DNA from: an uncultured bacterium | Lineage (GTDB): Bacteria; Krumholzibacteriota; Krumholzibacteriia; LZORAL124-64-63 | Length of the DNA stretch: 64,000 nucleotides | Reading direction: 5' to 3' | Assembly (NCBI GenBank): GCA_963727525.1 | Contig: CAVSGO010000007.1 | Coordinates: forward strand, 928,001-992,000 | In this document: piece by piece, positions 17,292-26,543 of the stretch | How positions within the stretch are numbered: the first letter of the stretch is position 1 | Layout of the letters: every line of letters starts with the position of its first letter | Notes under the pieces: model-generated | Seen by the model: only the letters and a program-made list of their open reading frames with translations | Database searches by the model: none | What the model was told of the DNA's origin: nothing | Translations under genes and position numbers: made by a program

Positions 17292-20032
17292 GCGTCCGGA
17301 TCCTTCCGTTTCGCCGCTTTCTTCTTGGTCGTCTTCTTCTTGGTCGTCTTCTTCTTGGCTGTCTTCTTCTTCGCCGTCTTCTTCTTGGCCGTCTTCTTCG
17401 CCGCCGTCTTCTTGTTGCTCACCGACGTCTTCGCACCGCGCCGCCGCCTCGCCTTGGGGGCGGGGGCCTTGGCGAGCAGCACGACGGCCTCCTCGGCCGT
17501 CACGTCGGTCGGTTCGGTGCCGCGAGGCAGCGTGGCATTGCGTTCGCCGTCGGTGACGTAGGGCCCGTAGCGGCCTTTGAGCACGTGCATCGGCGCCCCG
17601 CTCTCGGGATGCGGGCCGAGGTCCTTGAGCACGGGCTTGCGGTGCTTGTTGCGGATGCGCTCGAGAGCCTCGTCCTGCGTGATCGTGAAGAGCAGGTCGG
17701 CCGACTCCACACTGGCGAAGATGCGATTGCATTCCACGTAAGGCCCGAAGCGGCCGAGACCCGCACGCACCGGCTTGCCGTTCTCGGGATCAGTGCCGAT
17801 CTCGCGCGGCAGCGACAGCAGGCGCATCGCCATGGCGAGATCGACGCGCGACGGATCGGTGCCGCGACCCAGGCTCACGCGCTTGGGTTTGCGATCGGCG
17901 TCGCCCTCGCCGAGCTGGAGATAGGGGCCGAACGGCCCCGTGCGCGCGTAGATCTTCTGGCCTGTCTCCGGATCCTGCCCGATCGGCTCCTGCGACTTCT
18001 GCCGCTGGGTCACGAAGTCGATGGCCGCCTCGGGTGTCAGCTCGTCGATGAGCAGATCCACCGGCAGGGTAGCCCGCCGCTCCTCGTCATCGCCCACCTG
18101 CACGTAGACATAGTTGCGGCCGATGCGCACGTGGATGGGTTCGCCGGTCCGGGGATCCTCGCCCACCGGCACGGCGGGGTACTCGATGCGCGGCAGTTCC
18201 TCGTCGATGCGCCGTACGAGGCCAGGATCGTCGTCGCCGCCCCGGTAGAAGGCACGCAGGAAGTCGAGCCAGTCGGCCTCACCCCGCGCGATCTCGTCGA
18301 GTCGCTCCTCCATCGCAGCCGTGAATCGCAGATCGACGTAGCGCGGGAAGTGGTCGCGCAGCAGGTGGACCACGGCCATCCCGATATACGTGGGCAGCAG
18401 AGCGCCGCTCTTCTTCACCACGTATTCGCGGTTCTGGATCGTCTCGATGATGGGCGCATAGGTCGACGGCCGGCCGATGCCCTCCTCCTCCAGCTTCTTG
18501 ATCAGCGCCGCCTCGGTGTAACGCGCGGGCGGCTGCGTCTCGTGGCGCAGCGCGTGCACCTCGGCCACGCCCTGCGGAGGAACCTCGTCCGCGGGCGCAT
18601 CCGGCGACGGAACCAGGTCGCCCGTCTTCATGTCGGGCAATAGCTCGTCGCGGTCCATGCCGCCGGCCACGCGCTTCCAGCCCGGGAACTTGACGATGGA
18701 TCCGCTGGCACGGAACAACAGCGTACGCGTGTCGCAGCCGCAGCTGAGATCGATCGACGTCTGGTCCATCACCGCGTCGGTCATCTGCGACGCGACCGTG
18801 CGCGTCCAGATGAGGCGGTACACGGCGAGGTCCTGCGGCGCGAGCACGCCAGCCAGACTGTCCGGCGTGCGGTCGATGCTGGTGGGACGGATCGCCTCGT
18901 GTGCCTCCTGGGCGCCCTTGCTCTTCGTACGATAGCGGCGGGGACCGTCGGAATACGCATCGCCGTAGATGCCGCGGATGAAGTCTGACGTCTCCGCCAG
19001 GGCCTTCTCGGCGAGATTCAGCGAGTCGGTTCGCATATAGGTGATCAGGCCGACGCGCTCGCCGTCCCCCAGATCGATGCCCTCGTAGAGGTGCTGCGCG
19101 ATCCGCATGAGGCGTCCCGGTGCGATCTTGAGCGCGTTACTGCCGGCCTGCTGCAGCGTCGATGTCGTGAAAGGCGGCGACGGACGCTGGCGCGTCTCCT
19201 TGCGCCGCACGTCGACCACGTGCCACGGCAGCGACTCGTGGCTGCGTGCGCACGCCTCGATGCCCGCAGCGGCTTCCGCGTCGAGCTGGATGCGGGTACC
19301 CGGTTCCTTGAGCTGACCGGTGGCCGGGTCGAAATCCTTGCCGGTCGCCAGGCGCACGCCATCGATCTCGTGCAGGCGCGCCGTAAAGCTCACACCGCCG
19401 GGACCATGAAGCAGCGCCTCCACGTCATGATAAATGGCGCTGTGGAAGCGCTGGCGCTCTTCCTCGCGTTCCACGACAAGGCGCACTGCCACGCTCTGCA
19501 CGCGCCCCGCGCTCAGCTTGGTGCGCACCTTCTTCCAGAGTACGGGTGAGAGGGTGTAGCCGTAGAGGCGGTCCAGGATGCGACGGCTCTCCTGCGCCCT
19601 CACGAGGCGGGTATCGACGTCGCGCGGGTTGGCGAGGGCAGCCGCGATGGCGCCGCGGGTGATCTCGTGGAATGTGATCCGGTGCACGGGGACCTTCGGC
19701 GCGAGGACCTCGAGCAGGTGCCAGCTGATCGCCTCCCCCTCCCGGTCCTCGTCCGTCGCCAGCAGCAGTTCATCGGCGTTCTTGAGGAGCGCCTTCAGTT
19801 CTGCAACGTGTTTCTTGCTGTCGGACGGCACCACGTAGACTGGCTGGAAGGCGTCGTCCACGTTCACGCCGAGGCGGCCCCAGTCCTTCTTGCGGTATTG
19901 CTCGGGGACCTCGCGGGCATTCCCAGGCAGGTCGCGGATATGGCCGTAGCTGGCCGCGACCTTGTAGTCCTTGCCCAGGAAGCGTTCGATGGTGCGGGCC
20001 TTGGCCGGCGACTCGACGATGATCAGCTTCAA
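17288..20032 (-). CDS. topA: DNA topoisomerase I with GxxGPY C-terminal repeats and a Lys-rich tail
   Basis: IVESPAKA, ATDEDREGE, SAGRVQS, catalytic ITYMRTDS, GIGRPSTY; repeats GPFGPY, GRFGPY, GRYGPY. Confidence 0.97.
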   Translation of the reverse strand: MKLIIVESPAKARTIERFLGKDYKVAASYGHIRDLPGNAREVPEQYRKKDWGRLGVNVDDAFQPVYVVPSDSKKHVAELKALLKNADELLLATDEDREGEAISWHLLEVLAPKVPVHRITFHEITRGAIAAALANPRDVDTRLVRAQESRRILDRLYGYTLSPVLWKKVRTKLSAGRVQSVAVRLVVEREEERQRFHSAIYHDVEALLHGPGGVSFTARLHEIDGVRLATGKDFDPATGQLKEPGTRIQLDAEAAAGIEACARSHESLPWHVVDVRRKETRQRPSPPFTTSTLQQAGSNALKIAPGRLMRIAQHLYEGIDLGDGERVGLITYMRTDSLNLAEKALAETSDFIRGIYGDAYSDGPRRYRTKSKGAQEAHEAIRPTSIDRTPDSLAGVLAPQDLAVYRLIWTRTVASQMTDAVMDQTSIDLSCGCDTRTLLFRASGSIVKFPGWKRVAGGMDRDELLPDMKTGDLVPSPDAPADEVPPQGVAEVHALRHETQPPARYTEAALIKKLEEEGIGRPSTYAPIIETIQNREYVVKKSGALLPTYIGMAVVHLLRDHFPRYVDLRFTAAMEERLDEIARGEADWLDFLRAFYRGGDDDPGLVRRIDEELPRIEYPAVPVGEDPRTGEPIHVRIGRNYVYVQVGDDEERRATLPVDLLIDELTPEAAIDFVTQRQKSQEPIGQDPETGQKIYARTGPFGPYLQLGEGDADRKPKRVSLGRGTDPSRVDLAMAMRLLSLPREIGTDPENGKPVRAGLGRFGPYVECNRIFASVESADLLFTITQDEALERIRNKHRKPVLKDLGPHPESGAPMHVLKGRYGPYVTDGERNATLPRGTEPTDVTAEEAVVLLAKAPAPKARRRRGAKTSVSNKKTAAKKTAKKKTAKKKTAKKKTTKKKTTKKKAAKRKDPDA
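17318..17413. repeat. Imperfect 15-bp tandem repeat encoding (KKKTA/T)n in the TopA tail
   Basis: CTTCTTCTTGGTCGT-like units read directly. Confidence 0.85.
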
Positions 20033-20078
20033 GAATCGAGGCTCCTACTCGTGTCCGCTTCCGGTCGTGTTGCCGGGA

Positions 20079-20447
20079 TCAGTGGGCGCGGGTGCCGCCC
20101 TCGGCAGCATGCCAGCGCAAGGGACCCGCCCGGTGCGCGAAGACGATGTGGTCCAGCAGTGGGTCGAGATCGCCAGGGGCCAGTGGACTCTCCGCCAGCC
20201 GCTGCGCGAATTGGATCAAGGTCTCCATCTGGGCCGCCGTGATCTGGCCCGTCCGCACGAGGGTCGTCAGGTAGCCAAACGCGGGTACCGAGAGGACATC
20301 GCGTTCCGGCTCCGCCTGCAACCGCACGGCGGTGCGGCTCGCGGACACGCCGGGCACGATCTCGTCGCCGGGCGCGAGATCCTCCTCGTCGAGCGTCTCG
20401 AGCAGGAGTGTCAACAGCGTCCGTAGATGGTCGCGTTCGGTATCCAC
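20079..20447 (-). CDS. Smg/DUF494-like protein, short form
   Basis: RLQAEPERDVLSVPAFGYLTTLVRTGQITAAQMETLI resembles the Smg C-terminal half; immediately upstream of topA, as smg usually is. Confidence 0.55.
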   Translation of the reverse strand: MDTERDHLRTLLTLLLETLDEEDLAPGDEIVPGVSASRTAVRLQAEPERDVLSVPAFGYLTTLVRTGQITAAQMETLIQFAQRLAESPLAPGDLDPLLDHIVFAHRAGPLRWHAAEGGTRAH

Positions 20448-20527
20448 GGGACGTCCTTTCCCTTCTCGGGCCGGCAGGGGCCGGTCACGCTAGCACGAGG
20501 CCCTCGGGCTGGCAAGGCGCGACGCCG

Positions 20528-23500
20528 TCACCGCCCGTGGCACTGCTTGTATTTCTTGCCACTCCCGCAGGGGCACGGATCGTTGCGGCCCACCTTGGGC
20601 AACTCCCGGCGAATCGGCTGCTGCACCGCGCCCTCGCCCCCGCCACCGCCGGCCGCCGCGGTCACGGCCGCCGGTTCCGGCGCCTCGTCGTACGCCGAGA
20701 AGTCGCGATGCTGCGCCTGGACCTGCCGCGTCGGTTCCGGCGGCGGCGGCGGCGCCACGGCGAGTTCCGCCCGGAAGTAGAGCTGCACCGACTCGGCCTG
20801 GATACTGCCCATGAGGCCCTCGAAAAGTTCGAAGCTCTCCCGCTTGTATTCCAGCAGCGGATCGCGCTGCCCGTAGGAGCGCAGCCCAATGCCGCTGCGC
20901 AGCATGATGAGTTCGTTGAGGTGATCGCGCCACTTCTCATCGATCACGCGCAGCAGCACGAAGCGCTCGAGCTGCGCGCTGATGGCCTCGCCCAGACGCT
21001 CCGCCTTGCGGCGCCGCGCGTCTCGCGCATGTTCGAGCAGGCGTTCGCGCAGGGCATCATGCCCGAGCTCGATGTACTCGTCCTTGGCCAGCGGCACCGG
21101 GGCGAGCACGAGGCCCTGGTAGCGATGGGCCAGATCGTCCATGCGCCAGAAGTCGGGCGGCTGCTCGGGATCGATGCAGTCGTCGACGATGCCCTCGACA
21201 GCAGCGTCGAGGAAGTCGTCGAGCACGGTGTGGATATCCTCGTCGATGAGGATCTCGCGGCGCTGGGCGTAGATGACCTCGCGTTGCTTGTTGACGACGT
21301 CGTCATACTCGATCAGGTGCTTGCGGATGTCGAAGTTGTGGCCCTCGACACGGATCTGGGCCTTCTCGATGGCGCGGGTCACCATCGGGTGGGTGATGAC
21401 CTCGTCCTCCTTCACGCCGAGCTTGTCCATGACCTTCATCATGCGGTCCGGACTGAAGAGGCGCATGAGGTCGTCCTCGAGCGAGAGGAAGAACACGGCC
21501 GCGCCGGGATCGCCCTGGCGACCCGAGCGTCCGCGAAGCTGGCGGTCGATGCGCCGGCTCTCGTGCCGCTCGGTGCCGATGATATGCAGGCCCAGCGGCT
21601 CGTCCTTGATGTCCTCCGGCGACAGTTCCGGATCCTGGGCCCAGCGCTCCGGGAGGTTCTTGATGGCGGGGTCGAGCTTGATATCGGTACCGCGGCCGGC
21701 CATGTTCGTGGCGATGGTCACCGCGCCCACGCGGCCCGCCTCGGCCACGATCTCGGCCTCCCGCAGGTGATGTTTGGCGTTGAGCACGTTGTGGTTGATG
21801 CCGCGGATCTTGAGCAGTCGGCTCAGCAGTTCCGACGCCTCCACCGTCGTCGTGCCCACGAGCACGGGCAGCCCCAGCTTGTGGATGCGCCCCACCTCGT
21901 CGATGATGGCCTTGTACTTCGCCTTCTTCGTGAGGTAGATGACGTCGTTGTACTCGGCACGCGCGACCGGCCGGTTCGTGGGGATGACCACCACGTCCAG
22001 CTCGTAGATCGAGTTGAACTCGGCCTCCTCCGTCTCTGCCGTACCCGTCATGCCGGACAGCTTGTCGTACATGCGGAAGAAGTTCTGGATGGTCACAGTG
22101 GCGAGAGTCTGCGTCTCCTTCTCGACAGTGACGCCCTCCTTCGCCTCCAGCGCCTGGTGCAGGCCCTCGCTGAAGCGGCGGCCCGGCATGAGACGACCGG
22201 TGAACTCGTCGACGATGAGGATCTTGCCGTCCTGGACGACGTACTCGTCGTCCTTCTCGTACAAGGCATACGCACGCAGGAGCTGATCGACGTTGCTGAT
22301 CTGCTCGTTCTTGACGGCGTACTCCTGCTCGACCTTGGCCAGCTTCTTTGCGCGCTGCTCCGGCGTGAGGTCGCTGTTGCCCTCGATCTCGGACGCGGCC
22401 TCGGCCAGGTCGGGCAGCACGAAGAAGTCGCGCTCCCGTTCGGCCAGGTAATCGCGGCCCTTCTCCGTGAGATCGACGTTGTGGTTCTTCTCCTCCACGA
22501 TGTAGAAGAGGTCCTCATCGGCCTCCCACATGGCCTTGTCGCGCATGAAGGCTTCCTCGGTGCGCTGCACCGTCTCCAGCACGCCGGGGATGTGAGTGAG
22601 CTTGCGGTAGCGCTTGTTCTTGGGCGCACCGCGGCTGATCCGCAGGAGCTTGAGGCGAGTGTCGTCGTCCAGCTCCACGTTGTCGCCGCTGTCGGCGCCG
22701 CGCAGCGCGCGCTCGCAGTCGGTGATCCACTCGTTGACGATCTGGAGCTGCGAGCGGACCAGACGATCGACTCGCGGCTGCAGTTCGTGGAAACGGTGGG
22801 TCGATTTGTCCACCGCGCCGCTGATGATGAGCGGCGTGCGCGCCTCGTCGATGAGCACCGAGTCGACCTCGTCGACGATCGCGTAGAAGAAGCCGTGCTG
22901 CACCAGGTGTTCCGGGTGCACCGACATGTTGTCGCGTAGATAGTCGAAACCGAACTCGTTGTTCGTGCCGTAGGTGATCTCGGCGGCGTAGGCCTCGCGC
23001 CTCTGGTCCGGCGTCATGTCGTTCGTGATGAAGGCGACCTTGCAGCCGAGGAAGGTGAGCACTCCGCCCATCCACTCGGCGTCGCGACGGGCCAGGTAGT
23101 CGTTCACCGTGACGAGGTGGGCGCCCTTGCCGGGAATCGAGTTGAGGTACAGGGGCATGATGGCCACGAGGGTCTTGCCCTCACCGGTGGCCATCTCCGC
23201 GATCTGGCCATTGTGAAGGACGACGGCACCGACGATCTGCACGTCGTAGGGAACCATGTCCCAGGTCTGCTCCTGGCCCCAGACGAGCCAGGACGCTTTC
23301 CGGTCGGAAAGGCGGCGGCAAGCCTCCCAGACCACGCCGAAGGCCTCGGGCAGCAGGTCGTCGAGGCTCTCGCCAGCCTCGTGGCGCTGACGGAACTCGT
23401 CGCGCTTCCCCCGCAGCTCGTCGTCGCTGAGAGACTCGTACTGGCCGCGAACGGCCTTCACGCGCTCGAGGACCGGGCGGATGCGATCGATGTCTCGGCG

Positions 23501-23548
23501 TCGTTTGCCGAAGAAGCGCTCCAGGAAGCCGAGCAGGCCCTTGGCCAT
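20528..23548 (-). CDS. secA: Preprotein translocase ATPase SecA
   Basis: [77 protein letters not shown]. Confidence 0.98.
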   Translation of the reverse strand: MAKGLLGFLERFFGKRRRDIDRIRPVLERVKAVRGQYESLSDDELRGKRDEFRQRHEAGESLDDLLPEAFGVVWEACRRLSDRKASWLVWGQEQTWDMVPYDVQIVGAVVLHNGQIAEMATGEGKTLVAIMPLYLNSIPGKGAHLVTVNDYLARRDAEWMGGVLTFLGCKVAFITNDMTPDQRREAYAAEITYGTNNEFGFDYLRDNMSVHPEHLVQHGFFYAIVDEVDSVLIDEARTPLIISGAVDKSTHRFHELQPRVDRLVRSQLQIVNEWITDCERALRGADSGDNVELDDDTRLKLLRISRGAPKNKRYRKLTHIPGVLETVQRTEEAFMRDKAMWEADEDLFYIVEEKNHNVDLTEKGRDYLAERERDFFVLPDLAEAASEIEGNSDLTPEQRAKKLAKVEQEYAVKNEQISNVDQLLRAYALYEKDDEYVVQDGKILIVDEFTGRLMPGRRFSEGLHQALEAKEGVTVEKETQTLATVTIQNFFRMYDKLSGMTGTAETEEAEFNSIYELDVVVIPTNRPVARAEYNDVIYLTKKAKYKAIIDEVGRIHKLGLPVLVGTTTVEASELLSRLLKIRGINHNVLNAKHHLREAEIVAEAGRVGAVTIATNMAGRGTDIKLDPAIKNLPERWAQDPELSPEDIKDEPLGLHIIGTERHESRRIDRQLRGRSGRQGDPGAAVFFLSLEDDLMRLFSPDRMMKVMDKLGVKEDEVITHPMVTRAIEKAQIRVEGHNFDIRKHLIEYDDVVNKQREVIYAQRREILIDEDIHTVLDDFLDAAVEGIVDDCIDPEQPPDFWRMDDLAHRYQGLVLAPVPLAKDEYIELGHDALRERLLEHARDARRRKAERLGEAISAQLERFVLLRVIDEKWRDHLNELIMLRSGIGLRSYGQRDPLLEYKRESFELFEGLMGSIQAESVQLYFRAELAVAPPPPPEPTRQVQAQHRDFSAYDEAPEPAAVTAAAGGGGGEGAVQQPIRRELPKVGRNDPCPCGSGKKYKQCHGR

Positions 23549-23605
23549 GAATCCACTCCTCAAGATGGGTCCGGGCGCGCCACCAGGCCTGCGCGCCACG
23601 CGGGG

Positions 23606-23634
23606 AAGGTAGAGGGGGCGTGTTGGGGTGTCAA
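23606..23634 (-). promoter_or_regulatory. sigma70-type promoter of secA
   Basis: TTGACA-17 bp-TACCTT. Confidence 0.7.
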
Positions 23635-23646
23635 CCGTGCCGGACC

Positions 23647-24246
23647 TCAGGTCCCGGCCAGGTGGCGCGTAACCTGTACCGCCGCGGCAGCGGCAAGCGG
23701 CACCAGGATATTGTCGAGTCGGCGGCCCGCAAGGCGTTCGCCGAGGGCCGCCGCGGCGGCTCCGGCCACCGCCGGGAGCCACGCGCCCCCCGTCACCACC
23801 AGGATGGCCGGCGCCGTCACGGCGAAGCATGCGACGGTACCGACGAGCGTCTTGTGCCCGGGCGGCCACCCGCGCCTGCGAGCCCAGGCCCGACCCACGA
23901 GCGCCGCGGCGGCGTCGCCGAGGGCGAGGGCGAGGATACCGGCGGCGGCAGCCTCCCGCGAAAACAGGGCCGCCGTGAGCGCATATCCGACGAGCAGCAT
24001 GGCGGCCCCGGAGAGCTGATGACGTTCCGCCGGCCGGAACACCCCCGGCAGCGCGCGATCCAGACCGTCCTGCCAGCCGGGACGGCGCCTGCGCGCCACG
24101 TCGAGGCCGATGCCGACGCCGGCCGCGGCCACGAGACCGGCCCGCGCCACTGGGGTGGGGACCGCGAGGACCCACACGGCCGACAATCCCGTGGCGGCGT
24201 GGATCAGCTTGCGTCGGGTTTCGCCCGCTGGCGACGGCGCAATCAC
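23647..24246 (-). CDS. Dolichol/phytol (polyprenol) kinase-like membrane protein
   Basis: [35 protein letters not shown] motifs of the CTP-dependent kinase family; multiple hydrophobic segments. Confidence 0.7.
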   Translation of the reverse strand: MIAPSPAGETRRKLIHAATGLSAVWVLAVPTPVARAGLVAAAGVGIGLDVARRRRPGWQDGLDRALPGVFRPAERHQLSGAAMLLVGYALTAALFSREAAAAGILALALGDAAAALVGRAWARRRGWPPGHKTLVGTVACFAVTAPAILVVTGGAWLPAVAGAAAAALGERLAGRRLDNILVPLAAAAAVQVTRHLAGT

Positions 24247-26543
24247 CGCGCGAGCAGCCAGCGATAGATCTCGCGATCGGTGAGCACGGCAGCCACGTAG
24301 CGCCGGGTCTCGTCGTAGCCTATCCAGGCCTGGAAGATGGCGCGATCGGACACGCCGCCGAGCTGACGATCCCAGCGGGCCACGGCCCCGGCGCCGGCAT
24401 TGTAGGCCGCGACCGCCCGGTAGGGATCGCCTGCGAAGCGCACACGCTCTGCCGCCAGCAGCGCATCGCCCTTGCGAAGGGATGTGGCCGCCTGCGACCA
24501 GTGCTGGGCGCCGGGCAAGCGCGCTTCCTCGCCGAAGTGGATCGGCATGATCTGCATGTAGCCCAGGGCACCGGCTCGCGAACGGTCGGCCGGCTCGAAG
24601 AGCGATTCATTGCGCGCGATCGCCAGCAGCAGGGCCGGACCCACCTCCGCCTCACCGAGCGCCTCGCGGATGCTCGCCGCCGACGGCACGGGATACTCGA
24701 GGCGGAGCTGTCGGTCCTCCGTCACCCGCGAGAGGGGCAACGTCACGGCCGCTGCGATCTGACCGCGCGCGTCGCCGGTGACGATCGCCAGCCCGAGCAG
24801 GGCGTGGCGTCGGGCCAGGGCCTGCCCCTCGCTCCCGCGGCTCGCCGCCACCAGCGCGGGGACCGGCGACGCCTCGGGCAGGGCACCGTCACCCGCCGCG
24901 GCGCCCACGTCGCCAGCGAGCACCCACCGCCGCAGCCCCTCGGCATCCGGATCGGTTGCCAGGTACGCGCCGATCGCCTGGCACGCCGTTCGGTAGCGAT
25001 GCCCCGCGGCGCCGGCCACGCCCGCCAGGGCAAGCCGGTAGGCCGCGTCGCGCGCCGTCGTGCCGGGCAGCTCGAGGTGCTGCCCGAGCGCCGCCCAGTC
25101 GCCCAGAAGCGTATCGCACCAGGCCGCGGCCGACGGCAATGTCATGTCGATTGGGCCGGGTTCCGGCAAGTTCAGGTCCGGCGCCTCTCCCGCGATCACG
25201 CGCGCCCGGGCCGCATCCCGCCGGGTCGCCGGCGGGTCGGGTGCTTGCGCAGGATCGAGCCGAGCCAACCAGGGCGCCGCCTCCTCGGCGAAGGCCTCGG
25301 CCTGCGTACCGGTGAGGCGGTCATGGGCGAGCGTGAGCACGCGCTGCGCATCGTGTGGACGCTTCCGGGCCTCGGCGAGCACGAGCATCTGCACGGCCCA
25401 GCTCCGCAGCTTGCGCTGCATCGACCAGGAGGCGTCGCTGCCGATCAGGGCGAGTCCCTGGGCGAGGTCGGCCAGCGCCTGCGGCCAGGCTCCGGCGAGC
25501 AATCGCGCCTCGCTGGCACGGCGCCACATGTCGAGGCGGTGGCCGTCCTTGAGCCCGGGCAGGCCGGCCAGGCTCTCATACCAGGCGCCGTCTCCGGATT
25601 GCCGTCGGCGCTGTCCGCGCAGCCAGTAGCCCTGCAGGAGGCCGTCCGTCGGCGGCTTCGGAAAGCGAGCGAAGTGCGATGCGAGATCAGCCGCCGGCAG
25701 GACCAGCGCGCCGAGACCCGCCTCCACCTCGGGAGGAAAGCCCGCGGCACGAAGCTGCGCCGCCGTGAGCCAGGCCTCGCCACCACTCGCGAGCGCGAGT
25801 CCGAGGGCGGGAGTCGCTTCCCCGGGCGGCACGAGCGGCTGGCCCGTCGCGCGCCGGCAGGCCACCCAGAGCGCCCAGCCGGAGCGCACGTCGAAGAGGC
25901 CCAGGTCCGGCAGCAAGGGCCACACCACATCGAGCGCGACCGGTGCCTGCGCGCGCTGGGCCAGGCACCGCGCCCGGAGATCCCACACGAAAGCCTCCTC
26001 GCTGGAGAGACCGAGCACATCGCGCGCGGCCACGAGCCGCCACGCGCAGGCCGCCGCCGCCGCCGCGTTCCCGTCCTCCCAGAGCCGGCTCGCCATCAGC
26101 ATGAGACGCGGGGCCGCGAGCCAGGCGTGCGACCCCGGCTGCGGGGCCGCGAGCCAGCGCCCCTCGGCGGTCGCCACGAGCGTGTCGCGGGTCGCGCGCG
26201 CGCTGGCGACCCAGGCTGCGAGGGCGGCGTCGGACCCGAGACTGGCCGGGATCAGGAGCGCGCCGGCGCGCGAGGAGTCGGCCGTGATACCCTGAGCGCC
26301 GAGGCAGGCGTCCAGACCGTCCCGCCACGCCAGGTCGAGAGCGAGTGGGTGGAGCAGATCCGCGGGCCATCCACCACTCACGGACACATCGTCCGGTTCG
26401 CGAAAGACGCCCGTCCGCAGCTCCTCGAGGAAGGGGTCGTGCACCACGGCGCCGTACGCCACGGCGCGGGAATGCCCGACCGCCGGCGCCGCAAGGGCAC
26501 ACAGCGTACACAGGAAACGGATCACGGCGCCGCGCCCTCTCAT
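24243..26543 (-). CDS. Slt70-like lytic transglycosylase (signal peptide, helical body, C-terminal SLT domain)
   Basis: AIARNESLF (catalytic E), [22 protein letters not shown]. Start trimmed to the ATGA overlap at 26543. Confidence 0.75.
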   Translation of the reverse strand: MRGRGAVIRFLCTLCALAAPAVGHSRAVAYGAVVHDPFLEELRTGVFREPDDVSVSGGWPADLLHPLALDLAWRDGLDACLGAQGITADSSRAGALLIPASLGSDAALAAWVASARATRDTLVATAEGRWLAAPQPGSHAWLAAPRLMLMASRLWEDGNAAAAAACAWRLVAARDVLGLSSEEAFVWDLRARCLAQRAQAPVALDVVWPLLPDLGLFDVRSGWALWVACRRATGQPLVPPGEATPALGLALASGGEAWLTAAQLRAAGFPPEVEAGLGALVLPAADLASHFARFPKPPTDGLLQGYWLRGQRRRQSGDGAWYESLAGLPGLKDGHRLDMWRRASEARLLAGAWPQALADLAQGLALIGSDASWSMQRKLRSWAVQMLVLAEARKRPHDAQRVLTLAHDRLTGTQAEAFAEEAAPWLARLDPAQAPDPPATRRDAARARVIAGEAPDLNLPEPGPIDMTLPSAAAWCDTLLGDWAALGQHLELPGTTARDAAYRLALAGVAGAAGHRYRTACQAIGAYLATDPDAEGLRRWVLAGDVGAAAGDGALPEASPVPALVAASRGSEGQALARRHALLGLAIVTGDARGQIAAAVTLPLSRVTEDRQLRLEYPVPSAASIREALGEAEVGPALLLAIARNESLFEPADRSRAGALGYMQIMPIHFGEEARLPGAQHWSQAATSLRKGDALLAAERVRFAGDPYRAVAAYNAGAGAVARWDRQLGGVSDRAIFQAWIGYDETRRYVAAVLTDREIYRWLLAR

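Noticed and set aside
20408-22939. Long plus-strand ORFs, such as 843 aa here and those at 3007-4716, 24501-26711, 29394-31343 and 59649-62063
   Set aside because: Antisense shadows of well-supported genes, expected in high-GC DNA; no recognisable motifs.
23549-24175. N-terminal extensions in the ORF track for secA, and likewise guaA, trmFO, hslV, dapB, trpS and the SLT gene
   Set aside because: They overlap upstream genes in another frame. RBS positions, ATGA overlaps and family N-termini support the shorter starts used here.
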